From Octopus vulgaris (Eukaryota): a DNA stretch of 64,000 bases. The position numbers were made by a program, and so were the translations under genes. Every line of letters starts with the position of its first letter. Position 1 is the first letter of the stretch. The stretch spans positions 170,500,001 through 170,564,000 of the forward strand of contig OX597817.1 of NCBI GenBank assembly GCA_951406725.2, read 5' to 3'. Below, piece after piece: positions 26,688-39,426 of this stretch. The notes under the pieces were generated by a model. It saw nothing but the letters and a program-made list of their open reading frames with translations, had not been told where the DNA came from and ran no database searches.

Positions 26688-28815
26688 ATATAGTAGCAAC
26701 AGTTACAACAACAACCACCACTACCAGTAGGGGCTCAGCAGCAGTGGTTGCTATGTGGTTCCTATTAACACAAACAGCCTGATTGAACCTGGCTAATGTA
26801 AAATGTAGATTCTAAAGAAATGGGTGATGTTTGGCAAAAAGTAATGCAAGTGGTTTAATTACTCTTTTAATTGTTTCAGTCATTTGACTACGGCCATGCT
26901 GGAGCACCGCATTTAGTCAAGCAAATCGACCCCAGGACTTATTCTTTGTAAGCCTAGTACTTATTCTATCGGTCTCTTTTGCCGAACCACTAAGTTACGG
27001 GGACGTAAACACACCAGCATCAGTTGTCAAGTGATGTTGGAGAGACAAACACACACACACAAACACACACACACACACATATATATACATATACATATGT
27101 ATAAGGGGCTTCTTTCAGTTTCCATCTACCAAATCCACTCACAAGGCTTTGGTCGGCCTGTTTTGATGTGAGGGAAAAGCGAAAAGTGACATTTTATACT
27201 GGACCCTTCATGGAGATGAAATGTAAATTGTTGATGGCTAAATAAACTGGGGCTATAGAGGTGATGCAAGAATGAAGATAAGCTAAAAGAGAAGACAGGA
27301 GAAGTTACAAATATTTGTTGCAAGGGTGCAGTGGTCAGAGTGAGGAGAAAATGAAAGGAGCACCAATATCATCATCATCATCGTTTAACGTCCGTTCTCC
27401 ATGCTAGCATGGGTTGGACGGTTCGACCGGGGATCTGGGAAGCCAGAAGGCTGCACCAGGCTCCAGTCTGATCTGGCAGATATTCTACAGCTGGATGCCC
27501 TTCCTAACGCCAACCACTCTGTGAGTGTAGTGGGTGCTTTTTACGTGCCACCTGCACTGGTGCCAGGCGAGGCTGGCAACGGCCATGGTCGGATTGGTGC
27601 ATTTTACGTGCCACCGGCACGGAAGCCAGTCGAGGCAGCACTGGCAACGGCCACGGTCGGACCGGTGCATTTTACGTGCCACCGGCACGGAAGCCAGTCG
27701 AGGCGGCACTGGCTTTGGCCACAATTCGGAAGGTGCTATTTACGTGCCACCGGCGCGGAAGCCAGTCGAGGCGGCGCTGGCATCGGCCACGATTCGGATA
27801 TAGATTTTGAAAAAATGTTGAGTAAACAGGAAATGGTAGTGATTAAGAAACACTGTATAGAAACACAAAACACACATTTACATGTGTGTGTGTGTGACTA
27901 GTATATGTTTCCTCAAAATATATTTAATGGTTGAAGTATTCACTCTACCATTAAAATATTGATTTCTAACATCAACACCAGGCCATATCTACCATTAAAA
28001 ATGCTGAAATGTTTTAATGGTACCACAGATATCTCATTTATTGTTTTACTCTATAATCTGTGACAAACTAATTCCCCTGAAGCATTAATCAAATTATTTT
28101 CTTCCACTGGTTTCATTTTATCTGATAAATTTTATTACATAAAAGAAAACTTCAAACACACACACACACACCATATGCGCAGCCCCTAAGGATAAGGACT
28201 TCTGCTGTGATTTTGTGGTGATGAAGCTCTGCTGTGTTGATTAGTGCAGAAAATAAAGTCAGTACTTAGCATGGAAAGTATAGTGATTAGGTAAGGTTCA
28301 TAATACGAAAATTAATAAATAAATAACTTGTATGAAAGATGTGACTGAAGGGAGTAAATACATGTTAATGTACTCTGTGAATGGGGACCATTAGTCTCTG
28401 AGAGGAAGGATGTGTTGGTGCAGTTAAGATAAAATAGTGTGTGGCCATAAGGATGAGCTTCTTAATTTATTGAATAAAACATGTTTTTATTCTTTCTGGG
28501 GAAATAATTATAAAATATGATAGCGATGACAACATGGGAGTGTTCAGTAATGGTTGCGAACTTGTTAAACCATATTTACCAATATTGTTTTATATTCTAT
28601 TCCTTTACCTGTTTCAGTCATTTGGCTGTGGTCATGCTAGAGCACCGTCTTGAAGGATTTTAGTTGAACAATTCGTTCCCCAAGGCTTATTATTTTAAAG
28701 CCTAGTATTTATTCTATTTGCCCTTTTTGTTGAATCACTAAGTTACGGGGATGTAAACACACCAACACCAGTTGTCAAGTGATGGTGGTGGTGGTGGAAA
28801 AACATAGACATAAAT

Positions 28816-28893
<78 letters not shown>

Positions 28894-29118
28894 GAAAAAA
28901 GGTGTTCAGAATGGTGGATGATTGTAAAAATATATATTTATTTACATATCACATATTATTTCTTCATATTAGCACTTTCAACTACTCCTGTAGTTTCCTG
29001 TCTACCAAATCCACTCACAAGGCTTTGGTCAGCCCAAGGCACTTGCCCAAGACACTTGCCCAAGTTGCCATGCAGTGGGACTGAACCCAGACCCATGTGG
29101 TTGGGGAAGCAAGCTTCT

Positions 29119-29535
29119 TATTTCTTTACTGCCCACAAGGGGCTAAACACACAGAGGGGACAAACAAGGACAGACAAATGGATTAAGTTGATTATATCGA
29201 CCCCAGTGCGTAACTGGTACTTATTTATTCGACCCTGAAAGGATGAAAAGCAAAGTGGATCTCAGTGGAATTTGAACTCAGAACATAGCGGCAGATGAAA
29301 TACCTATTTCTTTACTACCCTCAAGGGACTAAACACAGAGAGGACAAACAAGGACAGACAAATAGATTAAGTCGATTATATAGATCCCAGTGCGTAACTG
29401 GTACTTATGTAATCGACCCCGAAAGGATGAAAGGCAAAGTCGACCTCGGCGGTATTTGAACTCAGAACGTAGCGGCATACGAAATACCACTAAACATTTT
29501 GCCCGCCTCGCTAATGTTTCTGCCAGCTTGTCGCT
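29119..29535 (-). mobile_element. Tandem SINE-B dimer between SINE-A segments
   Basis: Two units with the same junction as the 16160 dimer, in reverse orientation. Confidence 0.8.
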
Positions 29536-30534
29536 TTTCAGTCTTCTTTCAGCTTCTGTCCATCAAATCCACTCACAAGGTTTTGGTCAGCCCAAGGCTA
29601 TAGTAAAAGGCACTTGCCCAAGGTGCCATACAATTGGACTGAACCCAGACCGATTAGGTTGGGGAACAAGCTTCTTACCACACAGCCAAGCCTGCGCCTA
29701 TGTATAGTATGTTTGGAGATTATGTAGCACCACTTCCGCCCCTGACATTTCTTCTCTTAGGCCACAGACGTGTTCAGTCAGAGTAGTCGAGACAGCTACT
29801 TCTGTTTGCTATTTTATGCCACTATCAGACTGTCCAAATATTTTCATTCCATCCATTCAACAATCAAAGGAAACTGCCATCAGTTCACTTTCTCTTCCTG
29901 TCTCAACACCACCACAACCACCACCACCACCACCACCATTCAATCATCTCGTTCCATTTTGTCTTTGATCAATCCTTGTTTCCCTACCTACCCGTCCCGT
30001 CCCACCCCCATCACTCCCCACTGCCATTAACAGCAATAACCAGAGCTAATTGAAGATTTTCACATCCTCCAGAGAGAAAAATAAGCTGCAATTCCATTAA
30101 AAAAACAATTCAGCAAATTCTTATCTTCTCTGCAGACATGCAACGTTTTCTGCTAGATTTTTATCTTACATGTTATATTATTTATATATTACACACACAA
30201 CCTCTGTGCATTAACATACACGCAACAAACGTAGTCTCAAATTCATATACACTCACCATCACAATTTCTGTATGCATGTGCGTACATCAATTTAAGACCA
30301 CATTGGCACACACTTGCACATACACTGTTTCACACACATACACACACACACACACATTTATACACATATGTGCAGACTCCTTACCTTGTCGTGTTTGAAT
30401 CAGATCCATTATATAAGTAAAATATTTAATATTTCTGTATCTTCTAGTCAACACATTATATATTTGTAGTAAGAAAAAGAAAAATTCTGTTATCATGCAG
30501 CAGGGGTCCCCCAAACTTTTTAGACCATCAATCC

Positions 30535-30702
30535 TTTATAATTTTAAACAAACTAAAAGTATACATGATTTACAATTGACGGATATTTGTCCTCATCTTG
30601 TTTGTTGTTAACACAACGTTTCGGCTGATGTACTCTCCAGCCTTCATCAGGTGTTTTGGGGAAATTTCAAACCTTGGTTCTCATTCCTAATGTATTTTTC
30701 AA

Positions 30703-30767
<65 letters not shown>

Positions 30768-30875
30768 TCACTGCCTGGAATTGAACTCGGAATCTCGGGG
30801 TTAGTAGCTCACACCCTTAACCACTATGCCGTGGGCTACTAACCCCAAGATTCTGAGTTCAATTCCAGGCAGTGA

Positions 30876-30919
<44 letters not shown>

Positions 30920-31084
30920 TCAAAAAGTACGTTAGGAATGAGAACCCAGGTTCGAAATTTCCCCAAGACACCTAATGACGGCTGGAGGGTATATCAGCCG
31001 AAACATGTTAACAGCAAACGAGATGAGGACAAATATCCGTCAAATGTAAACGATGTATACATTTAGTTTGTATAAAATTATAAA
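30535..31084. mobile_element. Inverted-duplicated element with tRNA-like head, (AAT)n and hammerhead motif
   Basis: Arms 30535-30812 and 30831-31084 with an 18-nt spacer; minus-strand unit has A box GGCATAGTGG (30830-30821) and B box GAGTTCAATTC (30788-30778). Confidence 0.8.
30610..30655 (-). ncRNA. Minimal type I hammerhead ribozyme motif (canonical core)
   Basis: AACAC-CTGATGA-A-GGCTG-gagagtacat-CAGCC-GAAA-CG-TT-GTGTT: 5-bp stem I, 5-bp stem II, palindromic loopless stem III, predicted cleavage after GUU. The mirror copy at about 30967-31010(+) is mutated (CTAATGA). Confidence 0.75.
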
Positions 31085-31872
31085 ATTGTAGGCTATTGCT
31101 TTATTGCCACTTATAAACTTTTCAAGTAAATATCAAGCGGGCCGCAAGATAAAAGCCTGCGGGCCACAGGTTGGCCAGCCCTGGGTTAAATGGTTTGAAA
31201 GGGACTGATAAACTGGAGAACTGCACCAGGCTCCAGTCATCTGTTTTGGCTGGGTTTCTATGGCTGGATGCCCTTCCTAATAGATTCACATTTGACATTG
31301 ACCATCCACGGTATCTCTTTTTTCTCTTATACATGGACTGCGGCCAAGCTGGGGCACCACCTTGAAGGGTTTAATCCTTTCACATTCACATTATTCTTAT
31401 TTCTTTACTACCCACAAGGGGCTAAACTGAGGGGACAAACAAGGACAGACAAGCGGATTAAGTCAATTATATTGACCCCAGTGTGTAACTGGTACTTATT
31501 TAATCAACCCCGAAAGGATGAAAGACAAAGTCGGCCTCGGCAGAATTTGAACTCAGAACGTAGCGGCAGACGAAATACCGCTAAGCATTTCGCCCAGCAT
31601 GATAACAATTCTGCCAGCTCACCACCTTTCACATTCACATTATTCTGTCAGAAAGTAATGCTTGTCTTTAATTAATCATGCACTATCTTGTAGCTTTGAG
31701 GTTTTGATGAGATAACTGTTAAATTTTAGACTGATATTGTAGGGTAGGTGTGAGAGGCCATGTCTGGCCAGTTTGACCATAAAGCAGGTAGAATATTTGG
31801 GCAGCATCTAGTCGGTTTAAATACTAAAACGTTAGTCGAGCAAATAAGTAATTATTAATTCTAAGCCCAATA

Positions 31873-32430
31873 TCTATTATATAAAATCCGTTCTGTCTGT
31901 CTGTGTGTGTGTCTTCTAGGATCTTGGACATCCTCCATCCGATTGCGCTCAGATTTTATATGTAGATACTGACGGTATCAGGGTGTGTATAAGTCTTTAA
32001 AAAATTGCAAAAATCGATTCCAGGTGAGAATGTGATTGATAAAGCCATGGGAACGTGCATTTGCACACGCAAGTACATCAGCTGTTGCGATGTACTTACT
32101 GGTACTTTAAACTCTTCGGTTGCATATTTGTGTGAATAAAATCGTTTTTCTTTGGAATAGAAAAAAAGTCTATCTTTATTTCTTCTTTTGCTGGTGTCTC
32201 AAATTTAGGTTAAATCAGTTTTTCTCAATGGGGAGGCCTATGGGACGGTTGGACAAGTTGTTTTGAGAAAATTTGGTTTAAATGTTTTGACAACGCAGCA
32301 CCGTCCATATTGAATTATGTATGAGGTTAATGGTAGCAAAGATCAATGTATACCACCGAAAACCTCAAATAAAGCGAGAACAATGTCAAAAGAAATAATA
32401 ATACAAAATTTTTAAATACAAAACTGATTG
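31873..32430 (+). mobile_element. 3'-truncated Helitron/Helentron-derived element
   Basis: A|TCTATTATATAAAATCCGTT(CTGT)n(GT)n start resembles the 5' ends of the elements at 21204 and 56928; right boundary uncertain. Confidence 0.5.
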
Positions 32431-34624
32431 CCTCACCATCGCTTTCACCAATCTTCAGCGTTACCACCACTACCACAACTGCAACCATCATCACAACTGC
32501 AATTACAACCACTATTGCAACCACCACCACCACCATCACATCTGCAACCTCCACCATCACCACCAATACTGCCACCATCACCATCACAACCACCTCACCT
32601 CCACCCACCCCCACCACTACCACTACCACAACCACCTCCATGACCACCCCCACAATTACCTATTTCTTTACTACCCACAAGGGGCTAAACACAGAGAGGA
32701 CAAACAAGGACAGACAAACGGATTAAGTCGATTACATCGACCTCCAGTGCGTAACTGGTACTTAATTTATCGACCCCGAAAGGATGAAAGGCAAAGTCGA
32801 CCTCGGCGGAATTTGAACTCAGAACGTAACGGCAGACGAAATACAGCTACGCATTTCGCCCGGCGTATTAACGTTTCTGCCAGCTCGCCGCCTTAACCCC
32901 CACAATTACCACCACCACCATTATTGATAGCACTCCCATGGTCATTTGTTATTACTGCCATTCCCTGTCACCACGACAATGACTACTAACACCTACCACG
33001 AACGTCACCGTCATCACCACTTGTAAGGTCGTAAGGAATGTTGCCTTCACAAAACTGTGATCATTACCTGCACGCCAACACCTTCAACCTCATCTCTGTA
33101 TTTGCTCAGGTGACAGAATTTGTACATAAAGCTGAAAGGAATTTAGATGCTTTAACAAGGATGTGATTATGTGTGGGTGACAGGTGTGATGTGGTGAAGT
33201 CTGTGTGTCATACCTTGCAAATGTGTTCAACAGAAGCCCCAATAATCAACCTGAAACCAACAGCACGCAAGTGACAATTAAAAATAATGTAGCCATGCAC
33301 CACTTGTTTAATGTAATCTGTGGTTGCAATCATAGTTGTAAAGTGCAGCTGTATGCTTTGTACAGTGACACCGAAGGCATGGCGACGGTGGCAGCAAAGT
33401 GCAGGATAATTACTTTCAGATTTCATTATATTTAATTACTTTGACACCACAAATAATTTGATTTTACACCTTTTCAATTTGCTTTCTCTCTCTTTTTCTC
33501 TCTCTCTCCTCGTCTACATGTGCACACACGCACACACACGCATATATATATATACATACACACAAACTCATGTATACACACATACATATGCATACATGAT
33601 GCATCTATCTATTTATCTAATTATCTTTGTATACACATACACACATGTGTATTTAAATATTGCACATTATTTTTTCCTTCCTTTTTGCCCCATAATTTAA
33701 AACGAAAATATGGTTTTTAAATGATGAGAAATTCAGCCTTGTTGTGAAGAGAGGACAATGGTTACAACACAGGATTTTATCTCCCTATGGACAGAAAATA
33801 AAAGGGATCTGACTGACTGGTTTCTAGTCTTCTTAGACATCAGAGAAAGAACACCCACCTTATATCTACAGAAAGATGTTTAGCTTATAACTATTTATAC
33901 TGTGTGAGTGTGTGTGTGTTTAAATGTTAATCCTCATCTTTTAATATCTTCCATGCTGGCATGGGTTGGACTGTTCGACTGGGGTCTGGGAAGCCAGGAG
34001 GTTGCACCAGGCCGCAATCTAATCTGGCAAGTGTTTCTACAGCTGGAGGCCCTTCCTAATGCCTACCACTGTGAAAGTGTATTGGGTGCTTTTTATGTGC
34101 CACCAGCACAGGGGCCAGAGGAGCTGGCATTGACCACGATCAGATGGTGCTTTTTACATGCCACTGGCACGGAAGTCAGTCAAAGTGGCACTGGCATCGG
34201 CCACATTCGGATGATGCTTTTTATGTGCCACCGGCACAGGGGCCAGAGGAGCTGGCATTGACCACGATCAGATGGTGCTTTTTACATGCCACTGGCACAG
34301 AAGCCAGTCAAAGTGGCACTGGCATCGGCCACATTCGGATGATGCTTTTTATGTGCCACCGGCATGGGGGTCACAGCTACAATTTCCATTTGATTTGATT
34401 TTCATGTTGATGTACTTGACTCAGTGGGTCTCCTCAAGTACAGAAGAAAATTTGGGTGGGAGTAGTAGAGGACTGGTCTCAAAAACTAAATCTCTGTTAG
34501 GAGACAACAACAGATAAGATCTTGCTGTACTAGAGAAGACCTATTAAACACATGCAAGTATGGGAAAATAAATGTAAAATGATGATATATTCACACACAC
34601 ACACACACACACACACATCTCTCT

Positions 34625-34697
<73 letters not shown>

Positions 34698-35284
34698 TAC
34701 ACATATATACATAATATATCACACCTACACATATATATATCAATCAGAAACTATTGACCGTGGAAAAAAAACTACAGAGTGGAAAATGAAATGTTGCTAT
34801 AGTTGTTGTTGGCGTAGTAATTTTTTTTAATATAAATATTTGCCTTCTGCTTTTACCATGATATATTGCTTTCCTGTAATTTATGGATTGTCTATCTACT
34901 ACCCTGGATGCTAGTGTCAGTATTGGTGATATAGCTTCTGTCAACTGTGCAACATTGTTCTGACATTTCATTCATTATTATTTGAACTGGAAAACTGAAA
35001 AGAAAGGAAAATAATTCTGTTTAGAGATATTCTATATCCCATTGCATGATTCACCAAATATTCAATGTTGCTTTTGTAAAATTACAATAGTTATTAGACA
35101 GTGGCGAAATTCAGTTCATATGTGAATGCCCCATCTAAATCTTCAAGGGTATTTTCAGAGGTTACTAGTACGTTTCTAGCCTTGCTTTGATGGTGTTTAA
35201 CCAGATGAAAGATAAATTTCCCTTCGTATGGAATGCTTGCCTATTGCAAGTAACATTTTTGGATTGATTTTGTGTGTGTGTTTG

Positions 35285-35353
<69 letters not shown>

Positions 35354-35354
<1 letters not shown>

Positions 35355-35553
35355 TTTATTTAAAAGCAGCAGAAATTTAACAAAAGCTGTTACAAAAGCT
35401 GTTAACAAAACTGTCTGATGAACGGGAACGGGAAACTCCGAGTAACAGCTTTTGTTAAATTTCTGCTGCTTTTAAATAAAGCATATTACTCTACCTCTGG
35501 TATTTGAGTACTCTTTTTTTCCACCTTGTTTTACATTTATGTGTTTACTCCGG
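35354..35553 (+). mobile_element. Penelope-like short insertion in (TA)n with perfect 40-bp inverted repeat
   Basis: Arms 35354-35393 and 35442-35481 are exact reverse complements; flanked by TA-rich microsatellites. Confidence 0.7.
35411..35448 (+). ncRNA. Minimal type I hammerhead ribozyme motif
   Basis: CTGT-CTGATGA-acgggaacgg-GAAA-CTCCGAG-TA-ACAG: stem I CTGT/ACAG, canonical core, quasi-palindromic stem III ACTC(C)GAGT, GUA cleavage triplet; stem II is weak in this copy. Confidence 0.65.
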
Positions 35554-35570
35554 TATATATATACATATAT

Positions 35571-35617
<47 letters not shown>

Positions 35618-38600
35618 TACATACATACATACACACGCACACACACACACACACATACGTACATACCACCTGACAGCTTAAGGAACTGAGGTAATAAAGA
35701 ATAGTGTATTCTGTCTAGAAACACAATAGTGAAGAGTAGAGCTAAGACTCCACTTGGGTAGAAGATAACTCTATGTCAGATAATATTCTCAAACAATCTA
35801 ATATCTTGTCATCCTGACAGTTAGATGAATTGGGTTAATACAGAATATAATGTTCTTCATAGTAACTCAGTGATACGCCAGCAGGGTAGCTGGGTTGTCC
35901 AGTACTTTATCCACTCAGCTATCACACTATTACAATTACAGCAGAGATGTGGTTCTAGAGTTATAGTAGCGTATCCCACTTGATAGATTGACTTGATATC
36001 CTGCTCCTATGTCAATTGAGCAGGGCTTGTCCTGTTAATCTATACACTTTAATCGAATACCTAAGAATGATGGTATATGTTTCTGATTTATCACAGTATC
36101 TCTAATACATAGATTACTACATTAATGTTGCATTGTATTGCAGTTAAGAAAATGCCATCCAGGAAGCATTTGTATTGCTATGACATTGTTTGGGAGCTGT
36201 TCCCATGCTTGTAAATTTATCTTGCTTTTCTTGACAAAATGTTACTTAATGTTCAAAACGTCTGTGTTAGATAATTCACTTATCCTCCATGCTTCATTTT
36301 CCAGGAAGACTGTATGTGCTTTAAACATATAAATATAATTTAGCATACTGAACGTTTTGGTATATCAGTGATGATATATTCATATTTTTTTCCCCCTTTA
36401 ACAGTTGTCAAACTAACTCCAGAATACAAATTAGCTCGCTCACATTTAACTAAAGGATATGTTCCAAGTGACTATGATCTACTTCTTACACCACGATAAA
36501 GTTGAAGGAATTCCCACAAGGTTTAATATATTGAAAATTACAGTTAATGCAATTCTAAAATTATGTTGAGATCTTCGTTATAAAGATAGAAAAATACCTT
36601 AGTATATTGGAAACTGTTGTTCTCATACCTCGTAACCATGTTGGTAATGTCAGCTATGGTATATTGTGCTAGAGCTACACTAAACACATAACACTGACTG
36701 AGTGAATCTAAACTTGAAATATTGTTATGTAGGTGACATGCCATTAATGCATGTAGGTTGGGTACATGTTTTTAATGAATGTAGCTTACATGATCAATGC
36801 AGGCAGTACACTGTGGCAGTGTCGAAACAGTCAAGGTACACTGTAACAGTGTCATATAGCTATGGTACATGGGCAACTGCTAGTAGAGGTGAAGGTTGAA
36901 GTGATAGCCTGAACCCTTTAGTTACCAAATTTCTGTTCAAATACATTGTCTTTGTTTCAATTACTTTGGAAAATAATGAAGAATTTTCTAATGTAATTCT
37001 ACCATTATTAAGCTGGTGTTTCAAACACAAATTAACATGAAATTTTGATGGAAGGTTTTTACCCTTTAGTATTCAAATTACTTTGTCAAATATAATGCTT
37101 GTTTATTTATTTATATTGTTTTGAATGGATCTTGCATTATCTCATAGCTTTGAGATTTCAGTAATGTGATTATTTAGTGTTAGAATGGCATTGTAGGGTT
37201 GAGGTGAGAGGCTGGATCTGGCCAGTTTCAACTTAAAACAGGTTAAATATTTTGGCTGGATATGTCCAGTTTGAATGCTGAATGGTTAATTTAGATCACT
37301 TTTAGACACTATAGTTCATACCATAGAACCAGGAGCAGTCTTGGATGCATTGGTATTGAAATGGTAAGGTAGTTTGGGAAGATGGTACCAGAGGTATTAA
37401 AATCACCTCTATTTCTGAATGTATCTTAAATCCTATATCACTAGAGATGTTGAAATCCCTATATCACCCAAGTTGTTATCTCCTGTACTATTGGAGTTGT
37501 TCTGATCTGCACCCATGTCTCTGGAGTGAATAATCCCCTACATTATTGTAGGTTTTATAATCCCCAGCCTACATAGATGTATTGTGAATCCTCTGTACCT
37601 TTTTAAGTTCGCTTTACTATTCTTACTTTATTTTTTGCTCACAGTAAAACAATTTTTTTTTTTTGCTCACAGTAAAACATAGGCGCAGGAGTGGCTGTGT
37701 GGTAAGTAGCTTGCTAACCAACCACATGGTTCCGGGTTCAGTCCCACTGCATGGCATCTTGGGCAAGTGTCTTCTACCATAGCCCTGGGCCGACTAATGC
37801 CTTGTGAGTGGATTTGGTAGACAGAAACTGAAAGAAGCCTGTCGTATATATGTATATATATATATGTATGTGTGTGTATGTGTTTGTGTGTCTGTGTTTG
37901 TCCCCCTAGCATTGCTTGACAACCAATGCTGGTGTGTTTACGTCCCCGAAACTTAGCGGTTTGGCAAAAGAGACCGATAGAATAAGTACTGGGCTTACAA
38001 AGAATAAGTCCCGGGGTCGATATGCTCGACTAAAGGCGGTGCTCCAGCATGGCCGCAGTCAAATGACTGAAACAAGTAAAAGAGTAAATGAGTAATTTAT
38101 TCGACTTGTTAAACTTCTTGGTCTGCTGACCATTGCTAGTTCCCTCAAATTATTCTGGTTTACTATATCATACGCTTATCAAGGTGAAATGCTGAAATTT
38201 TTATTCTCGAAAATGACAACCTCCTTCCGCCCTTCCCCCACTCACACATGCATACATGCGCACACATACATGTGCAAGCTATGAGTTTAGTCATGTCATT
38301 GCAATTGAAGTGTATTTAGCTGAATATTGTTGCAGCTACAAAATATAATTTTAAAAAGAAGAAAAAAAAAAAAAAAGAAATTAATCTATCTTGTAGATTT
38401 GGTGGATGAACAAAGAGAATTGAGAATATTTATCTAAAAACTAGACTTTATTGATTTTCAATATAAAATTGAAGAGAAACTTACTGTTATTGTATCCCAT
38501 GTCAATACATAATGGAATTGTGATATATTTCACAAAAACATTCAACATCCTTTCCCTCTCTTACTCTCTTCATCATCATCTCTCTCTGTCTCTCTCTATC

Positions 38601-38703
38601 TCTCTCTCTTTCATCCTCTCTACCACAAATCTCTCTCTTTCTGTTTCATCCCCCACTTCAGGTTCTGATCAGATTATATCTATTCAACATAGCTATTTCA
38701 GTC

Positions 38704-38749
<46 letters not shown>

Positions 38750-39016
38750 GTGCCACACTGGTTTGTATTTAAATTATTTCTTGGACAGGTTTCCTCATTT
38801 CACTACTATTGATTATATAATTCACTGACAAGGAGGAGGACAAACAAAAGAGACAAGGGACAGAAGCCAGGGAATAGGAAGCAGTTACCTGATAATATCA
38901 TATAAGGCATCGGGAGATTGTTAATATTTTGTATAATTGGGCAGCAGAGAATCAGTAGAAAAAGCATGACTGCATATTGGACTAAATGTGTGACAAAATT
39001 TAATTTTATTCTCTCT

Positions 39017-39054
<38 letters not shown>

Positions 39055-39152
39055 CACGTATTCCCTTCTGGTCATTCAATATGTGACCGTGTGTGTATCA
39101 TTGGCGATTTTCTTTCTCCGTCTTCCCTTCCTTGGATCTTTCCTTTTTCTAT

Positions 39153-39187
39153 GTTTCTGACAAAGAGCTCCACTCGAAACATTAAAT
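39153..39187 (+). ncRNA. Decayed hammerhead ribozyme motif in a (TA)n-flanked insertion (about 39058-39297)
   Basis: GTTT-CTGACAA-A-GAG-ctcca-CTC-GAAA-CA-TT-AAAT; reverting CpA to CpG restores CTGACGA...GAAACGTT. Confidence 0.55.
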
Positions 39188-39292
39188 CCTCCTTCTTTCT
39201 TTCCTTTCCTGAGCGTCCAAGAATACTATACTTGTTCCACGTCCTCACGTTGTTGTGTTTTGTGTTTTCTCTTTGTTCATGTTTGGATTAAC

Positions 39293-39341
<49 letters not shown>

Positions 39342-39391
39342 TTAAAACAGGAAAATACGCACACTTACATGGTTTTAATATAATTTTTAAT

Positions 39392-39426
39392 ATATCGACC
39401 GGTTTCACTATCGCTATTCATGATAT
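39392..39426 (-). ncRNA. Minimal hammerhead ribozyme-like motif, A3-U8 variant
   Basis: ATATC-ATGAATA-GC-gata-GT-GAAA-CCGG-TC-GATAT: perfect 5-bp stem I, palindromic ACCGGT stem III, GUC triplet; insertion about 39335-39445 flanked by (TA)n. Confidence 0.6.

Noticed and set aside
30501-31183. hAT-type MITE (CAGGG...CCCTG) enclosing the inverted element
   Set aside because: Termini are suggestive but no 8-bp TSD is visible; left uncalled.
32327-32653. Poly-Val and poly-Pro ORFs
   Set aside because: Degenerate (ACC)n low-complexity tract.
38775-38810. Minus-strand GAAACCTGTC next to (TA)n as another hammerhead
   Set aside because: No upstream core or stem I partner visible.
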